Origin: a virus
Lineage: Duplodnaviria > Caudoviricetes
Length of the DNA stretch: 59,633 nucleotides
Direction: 5' to 3' (one strand)
Virus record (IMG/VR): IMGVR_UViG_3300023184_000136
Span: 1-59,633 of that record
Shown: positions 39,046 to 49,175 of the stretch, one piece after another
Layout of the letters: the number at the start of each line of letters is the position of its first letter
How positions within the stretch are numbered: position 1 is the first letter of the stretch
Notes under the pieces: generated by a model
What the model saw: only the letters and a program-made list of their open reading frames with translations
Told to the model about the DNA's origin: nothing
Database searches by the model: none
Position numbers and translations under genes: made by a program

Positions 39046-42012
39046 ATGGCAAATATTATAATTTATCCCAGTAACGCAATTTCAAGACAACCTGGGAGGA
39101 TACCAAAAATAGATTTTTCAAATACCGCAACTATTACTTTACAAGTAATATCTGGGGCTACTATCCAATTTGGAACCAATGCTTTGGTGGTAAATCCAAC
39201 TCTTGGTGCAGTTTCTGCAACAACAATAAATGTTAAAGATTATTATGCTGTCACAGGAGTTCAAGTAATTAATGGTACAAGTTCATGGATTGGACCATCA
39301 ACAAACGTTTTAGGTAATACAGGAGCTCAAGGTAATACAGGAGCTCAAGGCTCAACAGGAGGAGGAGGTTCAGCAGGTGCTCAAGGTAGTACAGGGGCAC
39401 AGGGTTCAACAGGGGCACAAGGTGCAACTGGTAATACAGGTGCTCAAGGTGCTACGGGGGCTCAAGGAGCGATAGGTAATACAGGAGCGATAGGTAATAC
39501 AGGAGCACAAGGTTCAACAGGTGCACAAGGTTCGACAGGTGCTCAGGGCCAAACAGGTAATACAGGTGCTCAAGGTGCTACGGGGGCTCAAGGAGCGATA
39601 GGTAATACAGGAGCAATAGGTAATACAGGAGCCCAAGGAGGAACAGGGGCACAAGGTAGTACAGGTGCTCAAGGCCAAACAGGTAACACAGGAGCCCAAG
39701 GGTCAGGAGGTGCAACAGGAGCCCAAGGTAACACAGGAGCAATAGGTAATACAGGAGCTCAAGGAGCTGGTGGCGGAACAGGAAATACAGGAGCTCAAGG
39801 AGCGACAGGAAATACGGGTGCTCAGGGTTCAGGTGGTGGAACAGGAAATACAGGAGCTCAAGGTCAAACTGGAAATGCGGGAGCTCAGGGAGCGACAGGG
39901 AATGTAGGTACAACAGGACCTGGCGGTAATATAGGTAACACGGGAGCTCAAGGTTTAGGTGGTGGAACAGGAAATACAGGAGCTCAAGGTCAAACTGGAA
40001 ATGCGGGAGCTCAGGGAGCGACAGGGAATGTAGGTACAACAGGACCTGGAGGTAATACAGGAAATACAGGAGCTCAGGGTTCAGGAGGTGGGACAGGAAA
40101 TACAGGAGCTCAAGGGGCACAAGGAGGTGTATATGGTGTAGGCCAAGTATCATATCAAATATGGTCCGTCAATGCTGGTAATGGCAGTCTGTCTCAATAT
40201 GGTCAGTACCCTACTGATTCAACTGATTTTAACAAATGGTTTAATACCGCATATTCTAACTCAACTTTATACTCATCAGGTAATTCTACACCTGGAGTAA
40301 TTTGGGATTTTGTAGTTTGGACGACAATTACAAATGCTGGTATAACAATTCCAGCTACAGCGGGAGATTATATTGCGGTACAAACTTTTTCAACATTCAG
40401 ACCAACAGAAACTGGAACTTATACGTTTACCGCAGAATCAGACGATTCTTGCGACCTTTTTATTAACGGCACAAATGTTGCTAGTTTTTACGGTGGTAGA
40501 GGTACACCCGCATTAGGTACCACAGTGGGAACAATATCTTTAACCGCTGGAGTTAATTACTCAATGAGAGTAAGAATGCAGGAATATGCTGGTGGAGAGG
40601 GATTAAGAATATTTTGGAAAAAACCGTCTCAATCAACTGGAGGCACGTGGTATCAAAATACGGAGGAGGTTGGATTATCAGGCGCTCTTGGTCCAATAGG
40701 AGTTCAAGGAGCTCAGGGCCAAACAGGTCATCCAGGAGCTCAAGGGTCAGGAGGAGCAACGGGAGCTCAAGGTAATCCAGGTCAAACGGGTAATACAGGG
40801 GCTCAAGGAGCGGGAGGAAACGTAGGTACAACAGGACCTGGCGGTAATATAGGTAACACGGGAGCTCAAGGGTCAGGAGGAGCAACGGGAGCTCAAGGTA
40901 ATCCGGGTCAAACAGGACATCCAGGAGCTCAAGGAGCGTTAGGGGCAGGAGGACCACAAGGAGCTGGAGGAGCCACAGGAGCACAAGGTGCTCAAGGTGC
41001 TCAAGGTACTGTGGGACCACAAGGGGCACCAGGATTTCAAGGTAATAGAGGACCACAAGGACCGGGAGGACCAACAGGTGCTCAAGGTTCTCAAGGAGCT
41101 CCAGGATTTCAAGGAGGTGGAGGAGGACAAGGTTCTCAAGGAGCCACAGGACCAGGTGGTGGTACAGGACCTCAAGGTGCACAAGGAGCCACAGGACCAG
41201 GTGGTGGTACAGGACCTCAAGGTGCACAAGGTGCCGGTGGAAACGGAGGGCCAGGTGGTGGACAAGGTGCACAAGGTGCAGGTGGAAACGGAGGACCACA
41301 AGGAGCTCAAGGGTCTCAGGGTGGTTCAGGAAATAGTGGTGCTCAAGGAGCTCAAGGTCCAACAGGACCACAAGGAGCTCAAGGTCCAACAGGACCTCCT
41401 GGAATCAATTGTTATGGCGTTTATTTTTATCTAAATAATAACTGTTATTTTGCGTGTAATTATAATCAATATTATCTTTTAGGTTATCAACAATATTATA
41501 ATTATTTTGTATTTGCAACACCACACTATACAAGTTATACTAACTGTTTGAATACGAACTGTGATTTTGCTGGTCGTCAGTCAATTTACGGTAGTTATAT
41601 GAGTAATTTAATAGAATGTTGGTATGTATTTCCAACCTGTGGTGATGGAGATACTCTACAATATTATTGTTCTTATTTTTCGGATGAAGCATTAAAGACA
41701 GGTATTAAAACGCTTAAGGATGCTCTCCCTAAGTTGTTAGAACTTGAGGCGGTTGAATATGATTGGAATCAAAATCTTGGTGCTGACAAATACGATTACT
41801 TTAAAAGAAGAGGTAAATTACATACCATTGGATTAATTGCTCAAGACGTTAGAAAATATTATCCCGAAGTTGTAGGTATGCATGAAGATGGGTATTATTT
41901 TGTTGAATACCACAAATTAAATGCTGTTTTAGTTGAAGCTATAAAATCACAACAAATATTTATAGAAGATATTAAAGATGAATTAAACTTACTTGAAACT
42001 CTAATAAATTAA
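39046..42012 (+). CDS. collagen-like tail fibre 1 with PA14 domain, Cys/Tyr-rich tip and peptidase S74 chaperone
   Basis: Two long (Gly-X-Y)n tracts; PA14 motifs GTYTF...SDD..DLFING and QEYAGGE; S74 SDEALK...GLIAQDV..YPEVV. Confidence 0.85.
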   Translation: MANIIIYPSNAISRQPGRIPKIDFSNTATITLQVISGATIQFGTNALVVNPTLGAVSATTINVKDYYAVTGVQVINGTSSWIGPSTNVLGNTGAQGNTGAQGSTGGGGSAGAQGSTGAQGSTGAQGATGNTGAQGATGAQGAIGNTGAIGNTGAQGSTGAQGSTGAQGQTGNTGAQGATGAQGAIGNTGAIGNTGAQGGTGAQGSTGAQGQTGNTGAQGSGGATGAQGNTGAIGNTGAQGAGGGTGNTGAQGATGNTGAQGSGGGTGNTGAQGQTGNAGAQGATGNVGTTGPGGNIGNTGAQGLGGGTGNTGAQGQTGNAGAQGATGNVGTTGPGGNTGNTGAQGSGGGTGNTGAQGAQGGVYGVGQVSYQIWSVNAGNGSLSQYGQYPTDSTDFNKWFNTAYSNSTLYSSGNSTPGVIWDFVVWTTITNAGITIPATAGDYIAVQTFSTFRPTETGTYTFTAESDDSCDLFINGTNVASFYGGRGTPALGTTVGTISLTAGVNYSMRVRMQEYAGGEGLRIFWKKPSQSTGGTWYQNTEEVGLSGALGPIGVQGAQGQTGHPGAQGSGGATGAQGNPGQTGNTGAQGAGGNVGTTGPGGNIGNTGAQGSGGATGAQGNPGQTGHPGAQGALGAGGPQGAGGATGAQGAQGAQGTVGPQGAPGFQGNRGPQGPGGPTGAQGSQGAPGFQGGGGGQGSQGATGPGGGTGPQGAQGATGPGGGTGPQGAQGAGGNGGPGGGQGAQGAGGNGGPQGAQGSQGGSGNSGAQGAQGPTGPQGAQGPTGPPGINCYGVYFYLNNNCYFACNYNQYYLLGYQQYYNYFVFATPHYTSYTNCLNTNCDFAGRQSIYGSYMSNLIECWYVFPTCGDGDTLQYYCSYFSDEALKTGIKTLKDALPKLLELEAVEYDWNQNLGADKYDYFKRRGKLHTIGLIAQDVRKYYPEVVGMHEDGYYFVEYHKLNAVLVEAIKSQQIFIEDIKDELNLLETLIN

Positions 42013-44093
42013 TGGCAAACGTACTCATATATCCTCAAGGGAAAGGTGGTAACACCAATCCACACGTTTTATTTGATGATGGAACTAATAAGCTTCAAAT
42101 AAATGTTACTAACGCATTGGTTTTTTCATCTACAACGGTGTCAAGTGGTGTAACTATTGGAACAGCAAGTATTATTGTTTCAGGGTCATCGACTGCGGGT
42201 TCTACTTATGTTGGTGCAACTCAAATGATTGATGCTACAGGTGTATGGGTAGGACCAACAACAGCAATTAAAGGACTCCAAGGAGCTCAAGGTGCTCAAG
42301 GTAATACAGGTGCACAAGGTAATACAGGAGCACAAGGTGCATCAACAGGTGCTCAAGGTAATACAGGTGCTCAAGGGGGTCAAGGTGCTCAGGGAGCTCA
42401 AGGGGCTGCAACGGGAGCTCAAGGTAATACAGGAGCACAAGGAGGACAAGGTGCTCAAGGTGCACAAGGAGCCGCAACAGGAGCTCAAGGTAATACAGGA
42501 GCTCAAGGAGGAACTGGTGCTCAGGGAGCTCAAGGAGCCGCAATAGGAGCTCAAGGTAATACAGGAGCACAAGGAGGACAAGGTGCTCAAGGTGCACAAG
42601 GAGCTGCAACAGGAGCCCAAGGTAATACAGGAGCCCAAGGAGGAACTGGTGCTCAGGGAGCTCAAGGAGCTGCAACAGGAGCCCAAGGAGCTATAGGTTC
42701 TCAAGGCGCTCAAGGTTCTCAAGGTGCTCAAGGAGCTTCAACAGGAGCCCAAGGTGCCCAAGGAGCTCAAGGAGGAACAGGAGCCCAAGGTGCTCAAGGA
42801 GCTTCAACAGGAGCCCAAGGAGCCCAAGGTGCTCAAGGAGGAACAGGAGCTCAAGGTGCTCAAGGAGCTTCAACAGGAGCTCAAGGAGCTCAAGGAACTT
42901 TAGGTTTCCAAGGAGCTCAAGGTGCTCAAGGAGCCGCAACAGGAGCCCAAGGTGCTCAAGGAGCTCAAGGAGGAACTGGTGCCCAAGGAGCTCAAGGAGC
43001 CGCAACAGGAGCCCAAGGTGCTCAAGGAGCATTAGGTTTCCAAGGAGCCCAAGGTGCTCAAGGAGCCAACACAGGAGCCCAAGGTGCTCAAGGTTCTCAA
43101 GGACCAACAGGAGCACAAGGAGCACAAGGAGCTTCAACAGGTGCACAAGGAGCACAAGGAGCTTTAGGTTTCCAAGGAGCCCAAGGTGCTCAAGGTGGTA
43201 ATACAGGAGCCCAAGGTGCTCAAGGTTCTCAAGGACCAACAGGGGCTCAGGGAGCTCAAGGGGCCAACACAGGGGCTCAAGGTGCTGCAGGAGCTGGAGG
43301 ACCGCAAGGGGCTCAAGGTACTGCGGGAAGTACGGGAGCACAAGGTTCTCAAGGAGCGGTAGGCGCTCAAGGGCCTCAAGGACCAGCAAGTGGAGTTGCA
43401 GGTGCCCCTGGACCAACAGGACCAACAGGTGCTCAAGGTTCCCAAGGACTACAAGGTGGAGGAGGTGCGACAGGAGCCCAAGGAGCCCAAGGTTCAGGTG
43501 GTGGTGGTGGTGGCCAAGGTTCTCAAGGTGCTCAAGGTTCAGGTGGTGGTGGTGGTGGCCAAGGTTCTCAAGGTGCTCAAGGTTCAGGTGGTGGAGGAGG
43601 AGCCACAGGTGCACAAGGTTCTCAAGGAGGAGGAGGAGGACAAGGTGCTCAAGGTCCGGTAGGTGCTGACGGTCCACAAGGAAATACAGGACCCCAAGGA
43701 GATACGGGTAATCAAGGCCATCAAGGTCTTGCAGGACCAGGAGGACCTTCGGATATAAGACTTAAAGATAATGTTGTTAGACTTGAAAATAATTTAGATG
43801 TAATTCAAAAACTTCAAGGTGTCCTTTTTGAATGGGATGACGATAGTGTTTATTTAAGAGGTAACAAAAGTCTTCAATCCCAAGCAGCATTTTCAGGTGA
43901 TTCATTTGGGTTTATTGCTCAGGAGATGGAAAAAGTTATACCTGGAGTTGTTGATACTAATAGAGATGGGTATAAATCTATTGAATATGGTCAACTTGTA
44001 AGTTTAGGGATTGGTTCAATACAAGAACAACAAAAAAGAATAGATTCGATATTAGAAAGAATAAACAAACTTAAAGAATTAGTAAGTGGCTGA
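42012..44093 (+). CDS. collagen-like tail fibre 2 with peptidase S74 chaperone
   Basis: GAQ collagen with periodic GAAT interruptions; SDIRLK...[11 protein letters not shown]. Confidence 0.85.
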   Translation: MANVLIYPQGKGGNTNPHVLFDDGTNKLQINVTNALVFSSTTVSSGVTIGTASIIVSGSSTAGSTYVGATQMIDATGVWVGPTTAIKGLQGAQGAQGNTGAQGNTGAQGASTGAQGNTGAQGGQGAQGAQGAATGAQGNTGAQGGQGAQGAQGAATGAQGNTGAQGGTGAQGAQGAAIGAQGNTGAQGGQGAQGAQGAATGAQGNTGAQGGTGAQGAQGAATGAQGAIGSQGAQGSQGAQGASTGAQGAQGAQGGTGAQGAQGASTGAQGAQGAQGGTGAQGAQGASTGAQGAQGTLGFQGAQGAQGAATGAQGAQGAQGGTGAQGAQGAATGAQGAQGALGFQGAQGAQGANTGAQGAQGSQGPTGAQGAQGASTGAQGAQGALGFQGAQGAQGGNTGAQGAQGSQGPTGAQGAQGANTGAQGAAGAGGPQGAQGTAGSTGAQGSQGAVGAQGPQGPASGVAGAPGPTGPTGAQGSQGLQGGGGATGAQGAQGSGGGGGGQGSQGAQGSGGGGGGQGSQGAQGSGGGGGATGAQGSQGGGGGQGAQGPVGADGPQGNTGPQGDTGNQGHQGLAGPGGPSDIRLKDNVVRLENNLDVIQKLQGVLFEWDDDSVYLRGNKSLQSQAAFSGDSFGFIAQEMEKVIPGVVDTNRDGYKSIEYGQLVSLGIGSIQEQQKRIDSILERINKLKELVSG

Positions 44094-46215
44094 AGATATA
44101 ATAATAACCCCAGCGTCGGGTAAAATAGACTTTTATGATTCTGCATCCACAGTTACAACATGGGTGATAGAAACAGGTACGCTTAAATTTAAAAGAGGCG
44201 CAACTACGTATCTTTCTATGGATAATACTTATCCAAACTTCAGAGTGACTTCTGCAGATTTAAGATTAATTACATCACTTACAAACAACTCAGGAAACTT
44301 GATAGATTCAACGGGTTGGTTAGGTACAAGATATACTCAAGGTGCTCAAGGTGCTCAAGGAGGACAAGGTGCTCAGGGAGCTCAAGGTGGAACTGGAGGA
44401 CAAGGAGCACAAGGTGCTCAAGGTTCTACAGGTGCTCAAGGCTCTACAGGTGCCCAAGGAGGACAAGGAGCACAAGGAGCTCAAGGAGCAACAGGAACGG
44501 CCGGAGCTCAAGGTTCACAAGGAGGACAAGGTGCTCAAGGTGCTCAAGGTTCAACAGGAGCCCAAGGTTCACAAGGAGCTCAAGGAGGACAAGGAGCACA
44601 AGGTGCTCAAGGGGCGACAGGAACGGCCGGAGCTCAAGGTTCACAAGGAGGACAAGGTGCTCAAGGAGCCCAAGGTTCGACAGGTGCTCAAGGAGCCCAA
44701 GGTGCTCAAGGAGGACAAGGCGCTCAAGGAGCTAAGGGAGGTCAGGGAGCCACAGGAGCTCAAGGTTCACAAGGAGGTCAAGGAGCTCAAGGAGCACAAG
44801 GTGGTGGTGGAGCCACAGGAGCCCAAGGTGCTCAAGGAGGTCAAGGAGCTCAAGGAGCGCAAGGTGGTGGTGGAGCCACAGGAGCCCAAGGTGCTCAAGG
44901 TGGACAAGGAGCTCAAGGAGCTCAAGGAACTAAAGGAGGTCAAGGAGCTCAAGGTTCACAAGGTGGACAAGGAGCTCAAGGAGCACAAGGTGGTGGTGGA
45001 GCCACAGGAGCCCAAGGTGCTCAAGGAGGACAAGGTGCTCAGGGAGCTCAGGGTGGAACTGGAGGACAAGGAGCTCAAGGTTCACAAGGAGGTCAAGGTT
45101 CACAAGGAGGAGCTGGAGGCGCTGGTGCTCAAGGTTCACAAGGAGGAACAGGAGCCCAAGGTGCTCAAGGTGGACAAGGAGCTCAAGGAGCTCAAGGAGC
45201 TCAAGGTTCACAAGGAGGTCAAGGTTCACAAGGAGGAGCTGGAGGTGCTGGTGCTCAAGGTTCACAAGGAGGAACAGGAGGACAAGGTTCTCAAGGTGCT
45301 CAAGGACCTAAGGGTGTTCAAGGAGCTCAAGGTTCACAAGGAGGTCAGGGAGCTCAAGGAGGAGCTGGAGGAGCCGGAGCTCAAGGTTCACAAGGAGGAA
45401 CAGGAGGCCAAGGAGCTCAAGGTGCTCAAGGTTCCCAAGGAGGTCAAGGAGCTCAAGGAGCGACTGCTGCAACCGGTGCTCAAGGTGCTCAAGGAGCTTC
45501 ACCAACAGGACCAACAGGACCAGGAGGTGCTCAAGGTTTCCAAGGAGGACCAGGAGGGCAAGGAGCTCAAGGGTCTCAAGGACCAACAGGACCAGGTGGA
45601 GGACAAGGTGCTCAAGGAGCTCAAGGACCAACAGGACCAGGAGGTGCAACAGGAAGTCAAGGTGCTCAAGGACCAGTAGGACCGGGGGGTGCAACAGGAA
45701 GTCAAGGTGCTCAAGGACCAGTAGGACCAGGTGGAGGTCAAGGTGCTCAAGGAGCTCAAGGACCAGGAGGACCGCAAGGACCAGGAGGTAATCAAGGAGC
45801 TCAAGGACTTCAAGGTGGTGCAGGTATTCAAGGAGCTCAAGGAGCCAAAGGACCTGTCGGAGACCAAGGACCAACAGGACCACCTTCGGATATAAGATTT
45901 AAAAAGAATATTAGAAATATAGAGACACCACTTACAAAATTATTAAAAATAAGAGGAGTTGAGTTTATTTGGAAAAGACCAAATGATGATGGTGATAATA
46001 CGGTTGACATAGGATTTATTGCGCAAGAAGTTGCGGAGATATTCCCTGAATTAGTTTATAGTGGTAATAACACAACGGATTTGAAAAAAGTTAAGTATCA
46101 CGAAATAGTTTCAATTTGTCTTGAGGCGATAAAAGAACAATTTGAAGAATTAGATGAAAGTGAGACTAGATTAGAATATTTTGAAAATAGAATAAAAGAA
46201 AAGGGGTTGATTTAA
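44086..46215 (+). CDS. collagen-like tail fibre 3 with peptidase S74 chaperone
   Basis: GAQ/GGQ collagen; SDIRFK...GFIAQEV.EIFPELV. Confidence 0.85.
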   Translation: MAEDIIITPASGKIDFYDSASTVTTWVIETGTLKFKRGATTYLSMDNTYPNFRVTSADLRLITSLTNNSGNLIDSTGWLGTRYTQGAQGAQGGQGAQGAQGGTGGQGAQGAQGSTGAQGSTGAQGGQGAQGAQGATGTAGAQGSQGGQGAQGAQGSTGAQGSQGAQGGQGAQGAQGATGTAGAQGSQGGQGAQGAQGSTGAQGAQGAQGGQGAQGAKGGQGATGAQGSQGGQGAQGAQGGGGATGAQGAQGGQGAQGAQGGGGATGAQGAQGGQGAQGAQGTKGGQGAQGSQGGQGAQGAQGGGGATGAQGAQGGQGAQGAQGGTGGQGAQGSQGGQGSQGGAGGAGAQGSQGGTGAQGAQGGQGAQGAQGAQGSQGGQGSQGGAGGAGAQGSQGGTGGQGSQGAQGPKGVQGAQGSQGGQGAQGGAGGAGAQGSQGGTGGQGAQGAQGSQGGQGAQGATAATGAQGAQGASPTGPTGPGGAQGFQGGPGGQGAQGSQGPTGPGGGQGAQGAQGPTGPGGATGSQGAQGPVGPGGATGSQGAQGPVGPGGGQGAQGAQGPGGPQGPGGNQGAQGLQGGAGIQGAQGAKGPVGDQGPTGPPSDIRFKKNIRNIETPLTKLLKIRGVEFIWKRPNDDGDNTVDIGFIAQEVAEIFPELVYSGNNTTDLKKVKYHEIVSICLEAIKEQFEELDESETRLEYFENRIKEKGLI

Positions 46216-46227
46216 ACCCCTTCTTTA
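46195..46227. terminator. bidirectional terminator between convergent genes
   Basis: AAGGGGTT-gattta-AACCCCTT flanked by A and T runs. Confidence 0.55.
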
Positions 46228-47057
46228 TTTAATAACATTTCTATTTCGTCTTTTGTGTTGTATAACATTGTTAAGAATCTTGGCCACATTTTAGGATTAT
46301 GTTTCTTAACTAATTCGATGTAAGTTAAATAATAAGGTTCATCTTTCTTATCAATGAGTTCTGTGGTTTGTGGATAGTCAACTGAGATATCTCCAAGAAT
46401 TTTAGATATTTTATTATCTCCGATGTTTTCATCATTTAACCTATCTAAGATATCTAATGACAATTTGGAAAGCTTCTCATTTTTTCCAAAATAGTTTACA
46501 ATATTATTTAAAGACTTAAGGAGGAATTTTTTATTTTCTACATTTTTTAATCTATTAAATCTTCTTGAGAATTCACCAACCAAAGCTTCTAAGAATTCAT
46601 TTGTGATTGCTCTAAATTCAATTGGATGACCCCAATAATCTTTATCTGACTTTTCATTATATCTTGATTGATATTTGATATTCATTTTTGTAGACTGTGA
46701 TGGGTCTGTGGCGTGTAACATTTCGTGATAGATGGTTAAGAAAAGGTTTTTCTTGGAACCATACTTTTTTGGATTCAATTGAATTACCAAATCTAACGGG
46801 TCTCTTGAACCTTTTGGTCTTGTATCTAATTCACCGAAATGAGGATATCTTGGATTGATATAAATTTGAACTAAAGCATCTGAACCATCTGAAGTTTTAA
46901 ATTGTAGTTGGTCTACTTTTGTTTTCTTATCGTATTGTTTGTTTCTATTAGACCACAACTTATTAGTTAACTCTATCAACCTTGTATAGGTTTCAGGGTC
47001 AAATCTAAATCTCTTTTGTTCTGAGATAACTGTTTCTAATATATTAATAAACTTCAT
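46212..47057 (-). CDS. HExxH zincin-like metallopeptidase
   Basis: TIYHEMLHATD...YWGHPIEFRA. Confidence 0.65.
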   Translation of the reverse strand: MKFINILETVISEQKRFRFDPETYTRLIELTNKLWSNRNKQYDKKTKVDQLQFKTSDGSDALVQIYINPRYPHFGELDTRPKGSRDPLDLVIQLNPKKYGSKKNLFLTIYHEMLHATDPSQSTKMNIKYQSRYNEKSDKDYWGHPIEFRAITNEFLEALVGEFSRRFNRLKNVENKKFLLKSLNNIVNYFGKNEKLSKLSLDILDRLNDENIGDNKISKILGDISVDYPQTTELIDKKDEPYYLTYIELVKKHNPKMWPRFLTMLYNTKDEIEMLLNKEGV

Positions 47058-47845
47058 TAGTCTAAATCAGTACTCCAATCAATTTGGAGTTTTTTTGGTT
47101 TAATTTTGTCTGCGTATTGGTCAAAGACATTTTTAAAAGGAATTTGAGCTTGTTTGATATCTTTAATCCTTCTCATGTCATCACCAATACCTGTAGATAA
47201 ATATGATTGAATCTCATCATCTACAACTTTCTCAGCATATCCCATACCAGTTATCTTCTTGGCAACTTGATTTCTTACCGATTGATTCATGTTCTCGATG
47301 TTAGAGAATTGTTTGTTTCTGTAAGCTGGAGTTGAGAACCATAGACCGTGAGCAACCTCATGGAATATTAAAGATGGGTCATCACCTGTAGATTGGTCGA
47401 TACCAATTAAGTAATAGTTATCACCACCAACAATGGCTCTTACGGTATCAACAATGCTAAACATAATTAAATCGTAGAAGTTAAGGTCAGGAATCATAGA
47501 CATACAAGATTCAATTGAATCACAAGGTATGTTATAACCAGCCCAATCTTCGTGGTATGTGAAGATGTCGTTCTTTGTTTTCTCTTTGTAGAATTTTGTG
47601 TAGTCTTGCCACTTGAATCCTTTACCTCTGAAACTATCTGAATCAGATTCATAGAACTCTTGGTAACGCATAAAAACTCTAGCTCTTAACTTATCGTTCT
47701 TAATAACAACAGCAAATATCTTCGGGTACATCTCAAACAACTCAATCTGTGATAAAATTGATTTGATGTTTGGTGGTGGAGTTTTACGTGGAGTAAAACC
47801 TCTTTGTTCCCTTAATACTTTTAATATAAGTTTATCTTTACTCAT
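47057..47845 (-). CDS. HExxH zincin-like metallopeptidase
   Basis: LIFHEVAHGLW...DDEIQSY. Confidence 0.65.
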   Translation of the reverse strand: MSKDKLILKVLREQRGFTPRKTPPPNIKSILSQIELFEMYPKIFAVVIKNDKLRARVFMRYQEFYESDSDSFRGKGFKWQDYTKFYKEKTKNDIFTYHEDWAGYNIPCDSIESCMSMIPDLNFYDLIMFSIVDTVRAIVGGDNYYLIGIDQSTGDDPSLIFHEVAHGLWFSTPAYRNKQFSNIENMNQSVRNQVAKKITGMGYAEKVVDDEIQSYLSTGIGDDMRRIKDIKQAQIPFKNVFDQYADKIKPKKLQIDWSTDLD

Positions 47846-48843
47846 TAAATGTAATCTTTAAAATACTCATTAATATTTTTATCTACTTTACGACTATCAG
47901 GGTAATCAGGTGGGTTTACAGATAAACAATCTCTGTCTTCCGCCATTATAGCTATGAAACTACCGTGGTATTCTAAAGTCCCTGAATTACCATAACCTTT
48001 ATTATTGTTTAGGTAATCATTTATATCTGTCTCAAATGCAGTCAAAGGTAACTTATTATATTGAATTTCCGTATTCTTTTTATATGGGTGGGGTTTTGTT
48101 ATCCATTCACCTGGACCTATTACATAATCTTGTAATTCGTACCATATTGAACGATAAATATCATCCTCATACGCTGAGTTATAGGATGAACTATGTATCG
48201 AGTATAATTCACTTTTTAATTCATCTAATGGGCCGTTAAGTAGTTCATTCATACTCTCTTTATCATCAACTATTCGCTTAACATTTTCCATATTAACTTC
48301 GACATAGTCAGGATGACCTTGTTCTGATGCAATTAATTGTAGTTCGTCACTCAATCCTGTAACTTCTTGACCCTCTAAAATATTAACAATATATTCTTGT
48401 AATCTTTTATCATTTTCAGGTGTAAGTTCTTCAATAACGTCGCTATAAACATCATCGGTTGTGTTATAGTAAGGTTCCCAATCGCTTTCACCATTCAAAA
48501 CAGATTCGATAGTATCTCTATCAGGTCCATTTCTATCGTTTTTACAAAACAATCTTGCCAAATCACCTCTATCATTAAGTTCCAAATATGCTTTCCCATC
48601 TTCAATTACTACATCATTCAACAAAGTTTGAATCCATTTATAATAATTTTCTCTATCGTTTTCATACAACCAAAGAAGATATTCGTTTTGCCAATATCCA
48701 CCATTATCAGCATTGTTGGGGTCAATGTCTCCCATACGGCCTCGTTTCTTCAACATATTGAAGAATGTTTGGTAGTCATTGAAGTATTTCTCAACCTCTA
48801 AGTCGTTGTTATTAAATTTTTCTATAATGTCATCTATGTCCAT
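47845..48843 (-). CDS. highly acidic hypothetical protein
   Basis: D/E/N-rich; ATG 48843 lies 4 nt after TATTTATA on the minus strand (48848-48855). Confidence 0.75.
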   Translation of the reverse strand: MDIDDIIEKFNNNDLEVEKYFNDYQTFFNMLKKRGRMGDIDPNNADNGGYWQNEYLLWLYENDRENYYKWIQTLLNDVVIEDGKAYLELNDRGDLARLFCKNDRNGPDRDTIESVLNGESDWEPYYNTTDDVYSDVIEELTPENDKRLQEYIVNILEGQEVTGLSDELQLIASEQGHPDYVEVNMENVKRIVDDKESMNELLNGPLDELKSELYSIHSSSYNSAYEDDIYRSIWYELQDYVIGPGEWITKPHPYKKNTEIQYNKLPLTAFETDINDYLNNNKGYGNSGTLEYHGSFIAIMAEDRDCLSVNPPDYPDSRKVDKNINEYFKDYI

Positions 48844-48856
48844 TACATATAAATAC

Positions 48857-48884
48857 AAAAAAAGGGACATTTTATTGTCCCTCT
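48857..48884 (-). terminator. intrinsic terminator
   Basis: AGGGACA/TGTCCCT stem with a T-run on the minus strand. Confidence 0.6.
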
Positions 48885-48908
48885 TAATAGTTTTTTTGAA
48901 TTAGGTTA

Positions 48909-49088
48909 TTATTTCACCCAACCGTTAGTGTTAGTCTTGTTAACGTTGTAGTACTTCTCAATCGTTTTCTTGATTGCTGACTTAACATCTTCGTTAACAT
49001 TTGGCTTCGCTGGTGGTGGAGCTTGTTGAACATTAGACTGTGCTGGTGGTTGACTTTCATTACCTTTATTTTTGCATCCGCATCCCAT
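48909..49088 (-). CDS. 59-aa MGCGCK protein (absent from ORF track)
   Basis: MGCGCKNKGNESQPPAQ...NGWVK; TATTTATT upstream (49117-49124) and a terminator downstream. Confidence 0.65.
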   Translation of the reverse strand: MGCGCKNKGNESQPPAQSNVQQAPPPAKPNVNEDVKSAIKKTIEKYYNVNKTNTNGWVK

Positions 49089-49175
49089 GGTATTAATTTT
49101 TTCTTTGGTTTATCATAATAAATATTATCTTTAGTGAAATATAAACTTAAAAGAATATTTATCAAATAAAACAGA

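Noticed and set aside
41404-41680. Diversity-generating retroelement target
   Set aside because: No reverse transcriptase and no template-repeat copy was seen in this window. It cannot be excluded elsewhere in the genome.
39514-45883. Many long alternative-frame ORFs (LEHLELL..., LKVLKE..., SSLST...)
   Set aside because: These are shadows of the GGx-GCx-CAA collagen repeats, which lack stops in other frames.
39300-45890. Possible CRISPR array or DNA tandem-repeat element
   Set aside because: The repeats are in-frame codon repeats with synonymous variation and no unique spacers. No cas operon is present; the Cas4-like gene sits among replication genes.
48914-49165. 83-aa minus-strand ORF
   Set aside because: The overlapping frame 48909..49088 (MGCGCK...) has an ATG, an upstream TATTTAT motif and a terminator, and is the better gene call.
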